From the NCBI RefSeq assembly GCF_001194135.2, contig NC_068984.1, positions 5,290,701-5,354,700 on the forward strand: 64,000 bases of DNA. Direction: 5' to 3'. This document shows, one piece after another, positions 24,268 through 36,608 of this stretch. Below the pieces are notes generated by a model. The model was not told where the DNA came from. It ran no database searches and was given only the letters and a program-made list of their open reading frames with translations. A program made the translations under genes and the position numbers. Source of the DNA: Octopus bimaculoides (lineage: Eukaryota). The stretch's first letter is position 1, and every line of letters starts with the position of its first letter.

Positions 24268-25527
24268 CAGAAATGTAAGCTCAAATATATAATTGCTTAT
24301 AGATCAACATGTGGCCTATTTAAGAAAACATTTAAAATATTTATTCTATATACATAGGAATCTGTTCTATATAGGCTTAAACGATATAAGAGATTCATAT
24401 TAGCAAATCTTATATGTACACAGATCAAAATATAAACTTAGTATGCATAAATTTAAAATATTGATTAAAAGAAGAAAGAATAATATAGATGTTGACAATA
24501 ACAAATTGTTATGAAAAATATTAATAGAACCTTGAAGCAGCTATCAATGACCGATCGATGACCGATCAATGACCGATTTGATGAGTGGAAGTTAACTGAC
24601 GTAACTAATTGAGCAATATTTATGTAGATTCAACTAGAAAGTGTGGCAGCGGAAGCAAAACAGTAATGCTTTTGGGGCCCGAGAGAGCTCGTCATTAACT
24701 AAATTTGAAATATTTGCAGTGTAAGATTGATTTTCAAGACCACGTTGTAGTTGTAGCAGTTTCACTGTACAAAATAATACACAATTACATACGCTGCATC
24801 ATTTGGTCTTTATGATGAGAACTAAGAGACGTTTCCGCACATGGTAATAACGTTGAAAATGTAAGAATATAAACACGAACCTCATATTCAAAATGTGTAT
24901 GAGAGACGGTAAAATTGGTAACCTACAAATCAAAAAACGCTACTTTGATTAAGATACAAACCAAGCCTGAACAAACAGCGAAAAGTGAATGTCTATTATA
25001 TTAACAACCGTTGACGTATATCACAATGCCTGGTTCAGTTCCTCGCACAGATATCAATTCCATCTTTCTTCGCACATGACCTCTTTCATATCACACACAC
25101 ACACACACANNNNNNNNNNNNNNNNNNNNNNNNNNNNNNNNNNNNNNNNNNNNNNNNNNNNNNNNNNNNNNNNNNNNNNNNNNNNNNNNNNNNNNNNNNN
25201 NNNNNNNNNNNNNNNNNNNNNNNNNNNNNNNNNNNNNNNNNNNNNNNNNNNNNNNNNNNNNCCCCCACACACATCTAATGAACAAATTTCGCCACCTCTT
25301 TCTCTGTTGCTCTCTAAACATTTATCTAAAATATCAGAGCGAATTAGTTCTTCGATCTGCAATATTTCAATACATTTGTCCTGAATTAACAATCAAATTT
25401 ACCAAGTCAAAATTTTATATTTAAAAAACTATTTAATTAAATTGTTGTTCCAATAACATTCATAATTTCTTCATCCCAATTGTTTTATTGTCCACGGATA
25501 AAAACTCCTTCTACAGCAGACACACCT

Positions 25528-25730
25528 GAAATTTGGTGGGGAGGTGAGTAGAGGGAAAGTCGATTACATCAATTCCATTACTTGATCAATAGTTATTATA
25601 TCGATCGAAGAAGGATGAAAAGCAAAGTCGAACGAACTCAGCTGAATTTGAACTCAGAACGTAAAGACGGACGAAAAGTCGCTATGCGCTTTGTTCGGCA
25701 TGCTAACGATTCTGTCAGCTTGTTGCATTA
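25528..25730 (-). mobile_element. Old Deu/Nin SINE copy
   Basis: GGATGAAAAGCAAAGTCGA...GAATTTGAACTCAGAACGTAAAGACGGACGAAA...GCTAACGATTCTGTCAGCT. Confidence 0.8.
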
Positions 25731-25864
25731 TGTCCGCATATAATAATGATGGAAATTATAGCAAATTCCTGTGCGTGTGTGTGTGTGTGCGTGAGTGTAT
25801 GTGTCCGTCCACGCGCGTGTATGTGTATGAGTACATCCATCTGTGTATGTGTGCGCGTGTATTT

Positions 25865-25896
<32 letters not shown>

Positions 25897-26379
25897 TTGG
25901 CATTGTAACTACTTCTTTGAGGTTCAGCATTGTAAGATCATTTTCCATCAGTTCCGCAATTCTTCCGCAAGATCCGTCCTCTAACGGTAGTCAGCACTTC
26001 ATTCAACAACAACAACTGTCCTCATCCATGCAGGTCACAAGTCCACACCAACACAGGCATTCTAGTTTTTGCAGAGTCATTGAGAGTCATCGACCATGTA
26101 GTAATGCAGTTCGTACAAATATATATATTAGGGACTCCGCCATAAAGTAACTGCTGCATTTGTTGAGTTGGGCTGCTTGTTTCTCTGGAGACTGTCAGAA
26201 TGTCGTAGACGCCTCTGAAGAGAACCCAATAAGTTTGGAAAATTGATTAAGGTAGTTCATCATTTTTTTATCAGTCTGCAGAGAAATTGTTAAAATTTGA
26301 CCTGTTTATAATTATACCATGTGTCACACACGCGCCCGCGCGCACACACATACACACACACATACACACACACACACAC

Positions 26380-26410
<31 letters not shown>

Positions 26411-27440
26411 TATATNNNNNNNNNNNNNNNNNNNNNNNNNNNNNNNNNNNNNNNNNNNNNNNNNNNNNNNNNNNNNNNNNNNNNNNNNNNNNNNNNNNNN
26501 NNNNNNNNNNNNNNNNNNNNNNNNNNNNNNNNNNNNNNNNNNNNNNNNNNNNNNNNNNNNNNNNNNNNNNNNNNNNNNNNNNNNNNNNNNNNNNNNNNNN
26601 NNNNNNNNNNNNNNNNNNNNNNNNNNNNNNNNNNNNNNNNNNNNNNNNNNNNNNNNNNNNNNNNNNNNNNNNNNNNNNNNNNNNNNNNNNNNNNNNNNNN
26701 NNNNNNNNNNNNNNNNNNNNNNNNNNNNNNNNNNNNNNNNNNNNNNNNNNNNNNNNNNNNNNNNNNNNNNNNNNNNNNNNNNNNNNNNNNNNNNNNNNNN
26801 NNNNNNNNNNNNNNNNNNNNNNNNNNNNNNNNNNNNNNNNNNNNNNNNNNNNNNNNNNNNNNNNNNNNNNNNNNNNNNNNNNNNNNNNNNNNNNNNNNNN
26901 NNNNNNNNNNNNNNNNNNNNNNNNNNNNNNNNNNNNNNNNNNNNNNNNNNNNNNNNNNNNNNNNNNNNNNNNNNNNNNNNNNNNNNNNNNNNNNNNNNNN
27001 NNNNNNNNNNNNNNNNNNNNNNNNNNNNNNNNNNNNNNNNNNNNNNNNNNNNNNNNNNNNNNNNNNNNNNNNNNNNNNNNNNNNNNNNNNNNNNNNNNNN
27101 NNNNNNNNNNNNNNNNNNNNNNNNNNNNNNNNNNNNNNNNNNNNNNNNNNNNNNNNNNNNNNNNNNNNNNNNNNNNNNNNNNNNNNNNNNNNNNNNNNNN
27201 NNNNNNNNNNNNNNNNNNNNNNNNNNNNNNNNNNNNNNNNNNNNNNNNNNNNNNNNNNNNNNNNNNNNNNNNNNNNNNNNNNNNNNNNNNNNNNNNNNNN
27301 NNNNNNNNNNNNNNNNNNNNNNNNNNNNNNNNNNNNNNNNNNNNNNNNNNNNNNNNNNNNNNNNNNNNNNNNNNNNNNNNNNNNNNNNNNNNNNNNNNNN
27401 NNNNNNNNNNNNNTATATATACATATATATATATATATAT

Positions 27441-27594
27441 ATAATTTATATAAGGGCATTACTATATAATAATGCCTCACGCTTAGAGGGACTAAATAAG
27501 TCAAAACTACCAAAAGTATTTTTGGTAGTTTTGACTTATTTAGTCCCACTAAGCGTGTGGCATTACTATATAGTAATGCCCTTATATAAATTAT
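27441..27594. mobile_element. Near-perfect fold-back element in (TA)n: ~75-bp arms, 4-nt loop, nested 22-bp palindromes
   Basis: The arms pair around GTAT (27516-27519) with 3 mismatches. Each arm contains GGCATTACTATATA(G/A)TAATGCC. Confidence 0.9.
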
Positions 27595-27719
27595 ATATAT
27601 TTACGGAAAAAAACGATGGGTTTTTTCCTTATGGGTTTTTCCACGCTGACTACTTGATAAATTCTTATAAAGATTTTATCCTATATTATATTATATATAT
27701 ATATATATATTACACGCTC

Positions 27720-28200
27720 ACGTGGTCGCACCAGTTTCATCCTGTCTCCACCTCATAACACTTCGAACTTTTCTTGGACTACTCTACCTGGATTCTCTAC
27801 CTGGACTTTCTACTCCCCTACACTCGGACTCCTACACTTCGGCTGCACCTCTCCTACCCATGGATTACACTCGACTCTTCCGTTGATGAGAAATCGCTCC
27901 AATACACTACGAAGTTTGAATCTATTGAACTTTTCTAAACATTTTTTGTACTTTCTGCTTTTTCTTATTGTCGTTTGTCTCAATCCGTACTTGTCCCCTT
28001 GCCTCTCTCTCCCTCCCTTTCTTTCCCCTTTTTCTCCTGTGTGACCCCTCTGTCCGGCATTCGCTACGATAGATCGCTAGCTACTAAACCTTTTTTAATT
28101 TCTCTTCCTGTTTACCTCTGTTGAAGAACGTAGGCTCGAAACATAAAAGACTTACTCTCTTCCCGAGTGTTAAACTAATACATCTATTTGTTGTTTACTA
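27720..28200 (+). mobile_element. PLE-type terminal repeat, family 2 (long copy)
   Basis: Shares GATAGATCGCTA...CTGT.GAAGA.CGTAGGCTCGAAAC...TTCCCGAG.GTTA.ACTAATACATCT with 46050-46242 and 40945-41100. The 5' boundary is uncertain. Confidence 0.65.
28114..28150 (+). ncRNA. Decayed hammerhead-like motif (CUGUUGA core variant)
   Basis: CTGTTGA-A-GAAC-GTAG-GCTC-GAAAC-ATA-AAAGA. Stems II and III are damaged relative to the 41-kb copy. Confidence 0.45.
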
Positions 28201-29957
28201 TATATATAGTTAATTCAAGGACATCTTATCCTTATTAGGGATTAATAAATCCAAAATTTCACTGCTTTAATCTCCATCACATTAGAAGAAAAGTTCCACG
28301 ATGCGTTATGGATTATTATAATAGGTAAAAATTAATAATGTAAGAAAATGAAGAGTTGCGGATGCATAGATTATTTGTACCATAGTTTGTTGTTAATATA
28401 TTGATACAAATAAATTTTTAAAAATCACAATAGAAGACTAAAAATACGTCAATGACGTAATACACATTATACTCAAAAATCCCCAATGACGTAATACACA
28501 TAATACTTAGAAAAAAACGTAATACGCATTTTCTTAGTATATAAATAAATAAATTGATAGATACGTATTCAAAGATCTCTAAATATTCTATCATAATATA
28601 AAATGCAGATTATTATCTTAATTTACTTTATCCTATTAGTTCCCTTTTAATTTATTTTGTTTTATCTTATTCTATTTTCGTTTTTACCCCCTTTTTAGAA
28701 CAGATACTGAATAATATAAAACTGCATATATACTTAGTATATTCAACCGATGCTTAAACATAAATACATATATATGTATNNNNNNNNNNNNNNNNNNNNN
28801 NNNNNNNNNNNNNNNNNNNNNNNNNNNNNNNNNNNNNNNNNNNNNNNNNNNNNNNNNNNNNNNNNNNNNNNNNNNNNNNNNNNNNNNNNNNNNNNNATAT
28901 ATATATATATATATATATATAAATATATATAGGAAAATATATACGCTTACTGAATACATGTGTATATAAGTCTATGTATATATATATTAACTTGAATAAA
29001 ACATCTATTAACGGATAGAATATTCAAATTTGGGTAGATGCTAACGTGTATATAAACGATTAAATTTCATTAAATATGATTCGATGAACACCTATACATG
29101 AATATTTACTAGTATCTGCTAGTAAGTCACTAGAAATTATAGACTTATAACGGTTTACTTATTATTTATCCTAATTTATTTATTTATTCTACTTTAATTT
29201 ATTTTATGACATAATTACTTTCCCTTAAAGATATAAGAATATTTTGTTCATAATATTATTCGTAGATATATTTTTTAATAAGTTCATTATATTTATATAG
29301 TTATTTTTACTTACTTTGATTATAACCTTAGCAAATACATACGCGCAATATATATGAAATAACATGTTAAACTTCTTCCTTAGTTGTAGATTTGAATCCC
29401 TTCAAGAAAGATGTAATCTTCGTTATTATTAAAACAAAAACACCCTGAAGCGATTCTACCTCTAACAGCTTAAATTGTTAATATTGGATTTAACTTAAAT
29501 GCTTTGAATTATTCATTACCAAGGGGCCAAAATCGAAACATATGTAGGTTTCTTGAGTCTCCCATTGTGTTTTTAAAAGTTTATTTGTATTTATATCCTA
29601 ACAACAAACTGTGATATAAATAAATTAACTATACATCCTCAACACTTCATTTTCTTATATTTACACGGAGTATAAAAAATATACAATACTAAGAGATTAC
29701 ATAATTTCTCAGCTTGACAGCCGTTTCAAGAACTCGCGAGTTACGTAATAATGATGATGTGCATAATTAGCAGATGGTATATGCAAATATTCTCGGCTCT
29801 ACAACCAGTAAACATTTAGAGAGATATTATCGTAAATTTGGCTCCCTTCACCAAGAAGTGGGCAAAATCATCTACATACATACATACATACATGCATACA
29901 TACACACATACAATACATACATACATATCTATCTATCTATCTATATATATATATATA

Positions 29958-30122
29958 GGCGCAGAAGTGGCTGTGTGGTACGTAGGTTGCTTACCAACTA
30001 CATGGTTCCAGGTTCATTCCCACTGCATGGCACCTTGGACAAGTGTCTTCTACTATAGCCTCGAGACGACCAAAGCCTTGTGAGTGGATTTGATAGACGG
30101 AAACTGAAAGAAGACTGTCGTG
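29958..30122 (+). mobile_element. 5' half of SINE B ending at a gap
   Basis: GGCGCAGAAGTGGCTGTGTGGTA...GAAACTGAAAGAAGACTGTCG, then N. Confidence 0.9.
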
Positions 30123-31835
30123 NNNNNNNNNNNNNNNNNNNNNNNNNNNNNNNNNNNNNNNNNNNNNNNNNNNNNNNNNNNNNNNNNNNNNNNNNNNNNN
30201 NNNNNNNNNNNNNNNNNNNNNNNNNNNNNNNNNNNNNNNNNNNNNNNNNNNNNNNNNNNNNNNNNNNNNNNNNNNNNNNNNNNNNNNNNNNNNNNNNNNN
30301 NNNNNNNNNNNNNNNNNNNNNNNNNNNNNNNNNNNNNNNNNNNNNNNNNNNNNNNNNNNNNNNNNNNNNNNNNNNNNNNNNNNNNNNNNNNNNNNNNNNN
30401 NNNNNNNNNNNNNNNNNNNNNNNNNNNNNNNNNNNNNNNNNNNNNNNNNNNNNNNNNNNNNNNNNNNNNNNNNNNNNNNNNNNNNNNNNNNNNNNNNNNN
30501 NNNNNNNNNNNNNNNNNNNNNNNNNNNNNNNNNNNNNNNNNNNNNNNNNNNNNNNNNNNNNNNNNNNNNNNNNNNNNNNNNNNNNNNNNNNNNNNNNNNN
30601 NNNNNNNNNNNNNNNNNNNNNNNNNNNNNNNNNNNNNNNNNNNNNNNNNNNNNNNNNNNNNNNNNNNNNNNNNNNNNNNNNNNNNNNNNNNNNNNNNNNN
30701 NNNNNNNNNNNNNNNNNNNNNNNNNNNNNNNNNNNNNNNNNNNNNNNNNNNNNNNNNNNNNNNNNNNNNNNNNNNNNNNNNNNNNNNNNNNNNNNNNNNN
30801 NNNNNNNNNNNNNNNNNNNNNNNNNNNNNNNNNNNNNNNNNNNNNNNNNNNNNNNNNNNNNNNNNNNNNNNNNNNNNNNNNNNNNNNNNNNNNNNNNNNN
30901 NNNNNNNNNNNNNNNNNNNNNNNNNNNNNNNNNNNNNNNNNNNNNNNNNNNNNNNNNNNNNNNNNNNNNNNNNNNNNNNNNNTATATATATATATATATA
31001 TATATATTCATACATATATATATACAGACACACATATATATATATATATATACACATATATATTTATATATATAAACGTACATAATATATAAATACATAT
31101 GTATATATCTACACACACATATTTATACACACACACATATACATACATACATATATTTATATATATACACACACACATATGCTGGCGTTAAAACAACACG
31201 TTATAAGTATATTTTTCTTTCTCTTCAACAGGAGACGATAAATAAGAGAAGATAAATATAAAACTTATCTTCATCTTGACGAAACTCCATCTTCTTTCAT
31301 CTTTCTTTCTATTTATTCGTTTATTTCTGAACCACACTTGCTCATTTTCTTTTCTTAAAAGTGATACTTGTTAATCCTAAAGCATTGTGGGATATCCGTT
31401 TCCAACTTGCTCAGACATTCATCGAACTAATAGCTTGCCTTTGCCAATAACGCCTGTAATTGTTTTTCGCTTTCTCTCTCGCATTGTTCCGTTCATTCAA
31501 AGCATTATTACACATATTTTAGTTATTATTTTTTGTATTTTTTTTTCTTTATTAATTATTACTACAAATATTGGGAAAATGCAGTACAGCACAGCTAGGT
31601 TCCACCGTTTATAGACTCTTCTTTCCCACTCCTGAAAGCAATCAATCAAATGGTTATTCGTTAGAACTACTCTCTGAATCAGACCGGTCTAGCTTTTAAA
31701 AACGCAATTTTTACTTCTTCACTGTCGTCTCTTCTTATTCTCCACATCAGCCACGTTATCAATATACAATGGTTGCCATCCTCTAGATATGTGATGTGTG
31801 TATATGGCTTTTATCTATGTCTATATTTGTGCGCA

Positions 31836-31866
<31 letters not shown>

Positions 31867-32574
31867 NNNNNNNNNNNNNNNNNNNNNNNNNNNNNNNNNN
31901 NNNNNNNNNNNNNNNNNNNNNNNNNNNNNNNNNNNNNNNNNNNNNNNNNNNNNNNNNNNNNNNNNNNNNNNNNNNNNNNNNNNNNNNNNNNNNNNNNNNN
32001 NNNNNNNNNNNNNNNNNNNNNNNNNNNNNNNNNNNNNNNNNNNNNNNNNNNNNNNNNNNNNNNNNNNNNNNNNNNNNNNNNNNNNNNNNNNNNNNNNNNN
32101 NNNNNNNNNNNNNNNNNNNNNNNNNNNNNNNNNNNNNNNNNNNNNNNNNNNNNNNNNNNNNNNNNNNNNNNNNNNNNNNNNNNNNNNNNNNNNNNNNNNN
32201 NNNNNNNNNNNNNNNNNNNNNNNNNNNNNNNNNNNNNNNNNNNNNNNNNNNNNNNNNNNNNNNNNNNNNNNNNNNNNNNNNNNNNNNNNNNNNNNNNNNN
32301 NNNNNNNNNNNNNNNNNNNNNNNNNNNNNNNNNNNNNNNNNNNNNNNNNNNNNNNNNNNNNNNNNNNNNNNNNNNNNNNNNNNNNNNNNNNNNNNNNNNN
32401 NNNNNNNNNNNNNNNNNNNNNNNNNNNNNNNNNNNNNNNNNNNNNNNNNNNNNNNNNNNNNNNNNNNNNNNNNNNNNNNNNNNNNNNNNNNNNNNNNNNN
32501 NNNNNNNNNNNNNNNNNNNNNNNNNNNNNNNNNNNNNNNNNNNNNNNNNNNNNNNNNNNNNNNNNNNNNNNNNN

Positions 32575-32605
<31 letters not shown>

Positions 32606-32924
32606 GAGAATATACAAATAATAACAACAGACGAGGACAGGTGGTGTAAATAACAAAAGTATATATATATATATTTATACACTTACTGGTCTTCTGCGTT
32701 TTGTATGAAGTGATGCCTTATCAATTTCGTTTTGTTTTCATGCAAAACACTAACATTAATTAGATTAATTTCTGCAACTCTCCTCCAAGCACCGAGTTCT
32801 TCTCTTCTAATTCCTCGTTGCTTCTTTCTCCATATTCTTCATTTTTCTTCTTGTTTCGATTCAACCGTTTAGGATCATCACTTTTTTTTTGTGTTCTCGT
32901 TTAACTCTATTTTCTCTTTTCCGC

Positions 32925-33392
32925 ATTCCCTGTCTTCCGCTCTCTTCCTTCCTTCCTTCCTTCCTTCCTTCCTTCCTTCCTTCCTCCCTCCCTCCTTCCC
33001 GTCCTTCCTTCCTTCCTTCCTTCCTTCCTTCCTTTCTTCCCTCCTTCCTTCCTTCCTTCCTTTCTTTCATCCTTCAAAGCTTTTCTACCATCCTTCCTTC
33101 TTTCCTTCTGTCCTTCCTTCCTTCCTTCCTTCCGTCCTTCCTTTCTCTCTTTCTTTCTTCCTTCATTCCTTCTTTCCTGCCAACCTTCCTTCCTTTCTTC
33201 ATTCCTTCCTCCCTTCCTATCATCCTTCTTTCTTTTCTCTCTGTATTCCTTCCTTCCTTCCTTCCTTCCTTCCTACTATCCTTCCTTCCATCGTTCCGTC
33301 ATTCCTTTTTTCTCTCCTACTATCCTTCCTTCCTTCCTTCCTTCCTTCCTTCCTTCCTCCCTTCCTTCCTTCCTCCCTACCTTCCTTTCCTA
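32925..33392. repeat. (CCTT)n composite repeat related to 14278-14470
   Basis: Direct reading; shares the same diagnostic interruptions. Confidence 0.9.
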
Positions 33393-33504
33393 CTCTAAAT
33401 AGATTACATCGCACAATTAATAAATTAACCGAATGCAAATACTCAAAGACGCAGAAGTTCGGGATTTTTGAATTTAAAAGATTGATCGCGAGAAACGGAG
33501 GAGA

Positions 33505-33622
33505 ATGATAATATTGATGATGATGATGATGATGACAACGACGTCGACGACGATGATGACGATGATGATGATGACGATGATGATGACGATGATGATGATA
33601 ATGATGAAGATGATGATGATGG

Positions 33623-33683
<61 letters not shown>

Positions 33684-33815
33684 GATGACGACGACGACGA
33701 TGATGACGATGACGATGATGATGATGATGGTGCTTGTACCCCTGCTGCTGCTGGCGATGACCATAAACCCGGTTACCCTGCTGCTGTTGATGATGAAGAC
33801 GACGACGATGATAAC
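33505..33815. repeat. (GAT/GAC)n trinucleotide array
   Basis: Direct reading. Confidence 0.9.
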
Positions 33816-33910
33816 GTTGTCCGTGGTCAAGTCTCGAGAGCGATGAGTTACGCTAGGTCTAAGAGTACCTAAGGAATCTTGCATGATGGTACGGTAACAC
33901 TACGATTCAG

Positions 33911-34163
33911 CAAGGGGCTGCGGACCCACGGGAAGGAAGGTCCTTTTCAAAGCGCACGGGACCAAACTCACAAAACACAGAGAAGAGCTTCATCCTTGTT
34001 CTCCATCGTCTGAAATTTCCGTTGGTCAGACTTTTCCTCTGAATCTGCAGCCTGGACGTTCCTTTTCAGTTGAGATATTTTCACTGTATTCTAATGGAAA
34101 GCCAGTCATCTCTTATGCTACAAGTCTCCTTCACCCTACATCAACGATGCCGCCCAAAGCAAG
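33911..34163 (+). CDS. Candidate internal exon of an unknown gene (ARGCGPTGRKVLFKAHGTKL...LNLQPGRSFSVEIFSLYSNGKPVISYATSLLHPTSTMPPKAR)
   Basis: Lies in a stop-free frame 33898-34350 (151 codons) of non-repetitive sequence. Acceptor ATTCAG at 33910; phase-2 donor AAG|GTCAAG at 34163 (weak). Both boundaries are uncertain. Confidence 0.4.
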
Positions 34164-34472
34164 GTCAAGGCAGGAATTTTCTATAGAATTTAGAGTCAAT
34201 AGTCAAAGTTATGACGTTTTGTATACGAAATACGAATACGTCTGTGTAAACAATGGAGTCGAAGCTCTTCGATCGCATTGTTTACACAGACGTGTTTGTA
34301 TAGGAAACGTCGAAACTTTCAGTACTTACTCTGAATTCTATAGAAATCTGTAGAGCTAACTTAAAAGAGATTAAATCACAATGATAACACAAAGAGGTAA
34401 GACACTTCATTGATTTACAAACTGCAATAGACTCGGTAGTATGTTTCCCAGCCAGTAACTAATATTTCGCAG

Positions 34473-34601
34473 GAATGAATTCCGAAGTCCCCCTCAAACT
34501 GTAGAAAACTGGAGTAAGAAAGGACGCTGGCGCATCGTCATGGACCACCAGGATACGGATTTGATATTCATCCTCATCACATCCATCGTTGGTTCTATTA
34601 C
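34473..34601 (+). CDS. Candidate 129-nt phase 2-2 exon: NEFRSPPQTVENWSKKGRWRIVMDHQDTDLIFILITSIVGSI(T), ending in a hydrophobic, TM-like stretch
   Basis: Acceptor TATTTCGCAG|G and donor AC|GTAAGA bracket a GC-elevated block. Only one + frame is open, and the in-register antisense frame is also open. Confidence 0.55.
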
Positions 34602-34719
34602 GTAAGAGGTCTGATCCGTATATGATGCTTTATAAGCTTAGAAATATCATTAACGGTATGATAAAGAATTTGAGAAAAAAGGATATGATCTCATACCTTA
34701 TTTGGTTTCTTGATGTCGT

Positions 34720-35155
<436 letters not shown>

Positions 35156-35178
35156 TAATTTGTCTTCATAAAAGTGAG

Positions 35179-35360
35179 ACACAGAATGTGACAAGGCCGG
35201 CCTATTTCAATTACAGATAATACTCATCTTTCCCGCCTGGGTGGACTGGAGAAACGGTATAAAGTGTGTTGCTCAGGGACAGAACGCATCGGCAGGAATC
35301 GAACGCACGAACCTCAGAATCGTAAACGGAGTACCCTAACCACTGAGCCACGTGCCTTCA
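35179..35360 (-). mobile_element. SINE family D
   Basis: The reverse complement gives GGCACGTGGCTCAGTGGTTAGGGTACTCCG...GTTCGATTCC...CCCTGAGCAACACACTTTA...CTCCAGTCCACCCAG. Confidence 0.8.
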
Positions 35361-36511
35361 AGCCAATGTACTGCCATACGAGTGAAGTACGCAGGTTGGG
35401 TGAGTGTGTTTGACAGTTTATTGATCGTGACATATAACCAATATTTAGATCACTATTAGCAATTGATCCAGTTTTACTTCAAACGATCCATACGTGAGCA
35501 GAAACTCATGTTTCTTACTGTGGTGACATTCCGATATTTTCAACAAATACTTAAAATGAGGACAGAAATCAATTTTTACATAAACGTAAAAGTTATGGAC
35601 GCAAACGTATCTGTCCCTAACTACGAGGGTCTTACTTCTTGATGAACTTCGTCAATGTTTTACATATTTTGACAGCTCCATTGATAACTTGTATCTGTAA
35701 TCTCCTGATGAGGCGTGTTCTTTCTGAATATGATACCCAGGCAGTTAGTCACGTAGCTATGTGTTCCAATAATCGCTTGAGGAAGTCTGAAGTTATAATA
35801 AACCCATTGGAGTACCATCGATTTCTCATAAGTTCACAGTGGATGTTCTCTTTGTCTTTGTTTTTTTACTAACATTTAAGATTATGTTGACACATGATGA
35901 ATAACACATGTCTATAGATACGTTTATCCGTCCCTAATCATTTTGTCTTCTCTGATGTGATTTCATTCTATTGAAGTCCTGATAGCGACATTCCACCTGT
36001 ATTCTTTCGAATTATCAGTGATAATACTCCCCTCCCGTTTTTATATCTTATAATTCTTTCCTCTGGATTATACTTCATACAGGTTTCACTATAAAGTCTT
36101 CTAGCCATGATATCATATCACAAAGACATGTATGCATGTATGCATATATATTTATATATATATATATATATATATATNNNNNNNNNNNNNNNNNNNNNNN
36201 NNNNNNNNNNNNNNNNNNNNNNNNNNNNNNNNNNNNNNNNNNNNNNNNNNNNNNNNNNNNNNNNNNNNNNNNNNNNNNNNNNNNNNNNNNNNNNNNNNNN
36301 NNNNNNNNNNNNNNNNNNNNNNNNNNNNNNNNNNNNNNNNNNNNNNNNNNNNNNNNNNNNNNNNNNNNNNNNNNNNNNNNNNNNNNNNNNNNNNNNNNNN
36401 NNNNNNNNNNNNNNNNNNNNNNNNNNNNNNNNNNNNNNNNNNNNNNNNNNNNNNNNNNNNNNNNNNNNNNNNNNNNNNNNNNNNNNNNNNNNNNNNNNNN
36501 NNNNNNNNNNN

Positions 36512-36545
<34 letters not shown>

Positions 36546-36550
36546 GAGAT

Positions 36551-36608
<58 letters not shown>

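Noticed and set aside
25951-26217. Exon-like readings on both strands (SAILPQDPSSNGSQHFIQQQQ... on +; GVYDILTVSRE... on -)
   Set aside because: The strands conflict, no domain is recognisable, and the evidence is insufficient.
27716-27729. 14-mer GCTCACGTGGTCGC shared with ~54520
   Set aside because: A few 14-mer matches are expected by chance in a window of this size.
33220-33873. Poly-Asp (+) or poly-His/Gln (-) reading of the GAT array as an acidic or His-rich protein
   Set aside because: All frames of a trinucleotide array read as low-complexity protein. A similar CAGCAGCAGC.GGTACAAGCA motif recurs near 15990, which suggests degenerate repeat. Splice signals are weak.
33970-34090. - strand exon candidate (NTVKISQLKRNVQAADSEEKS...) with TTAG/GTGAGT sites
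   Set aside because: It overlaps the much longer + strand open frame out of register. A 40-codon open stretch with splice-like ends is expected by chance. It cannot be excluded without RNA data.
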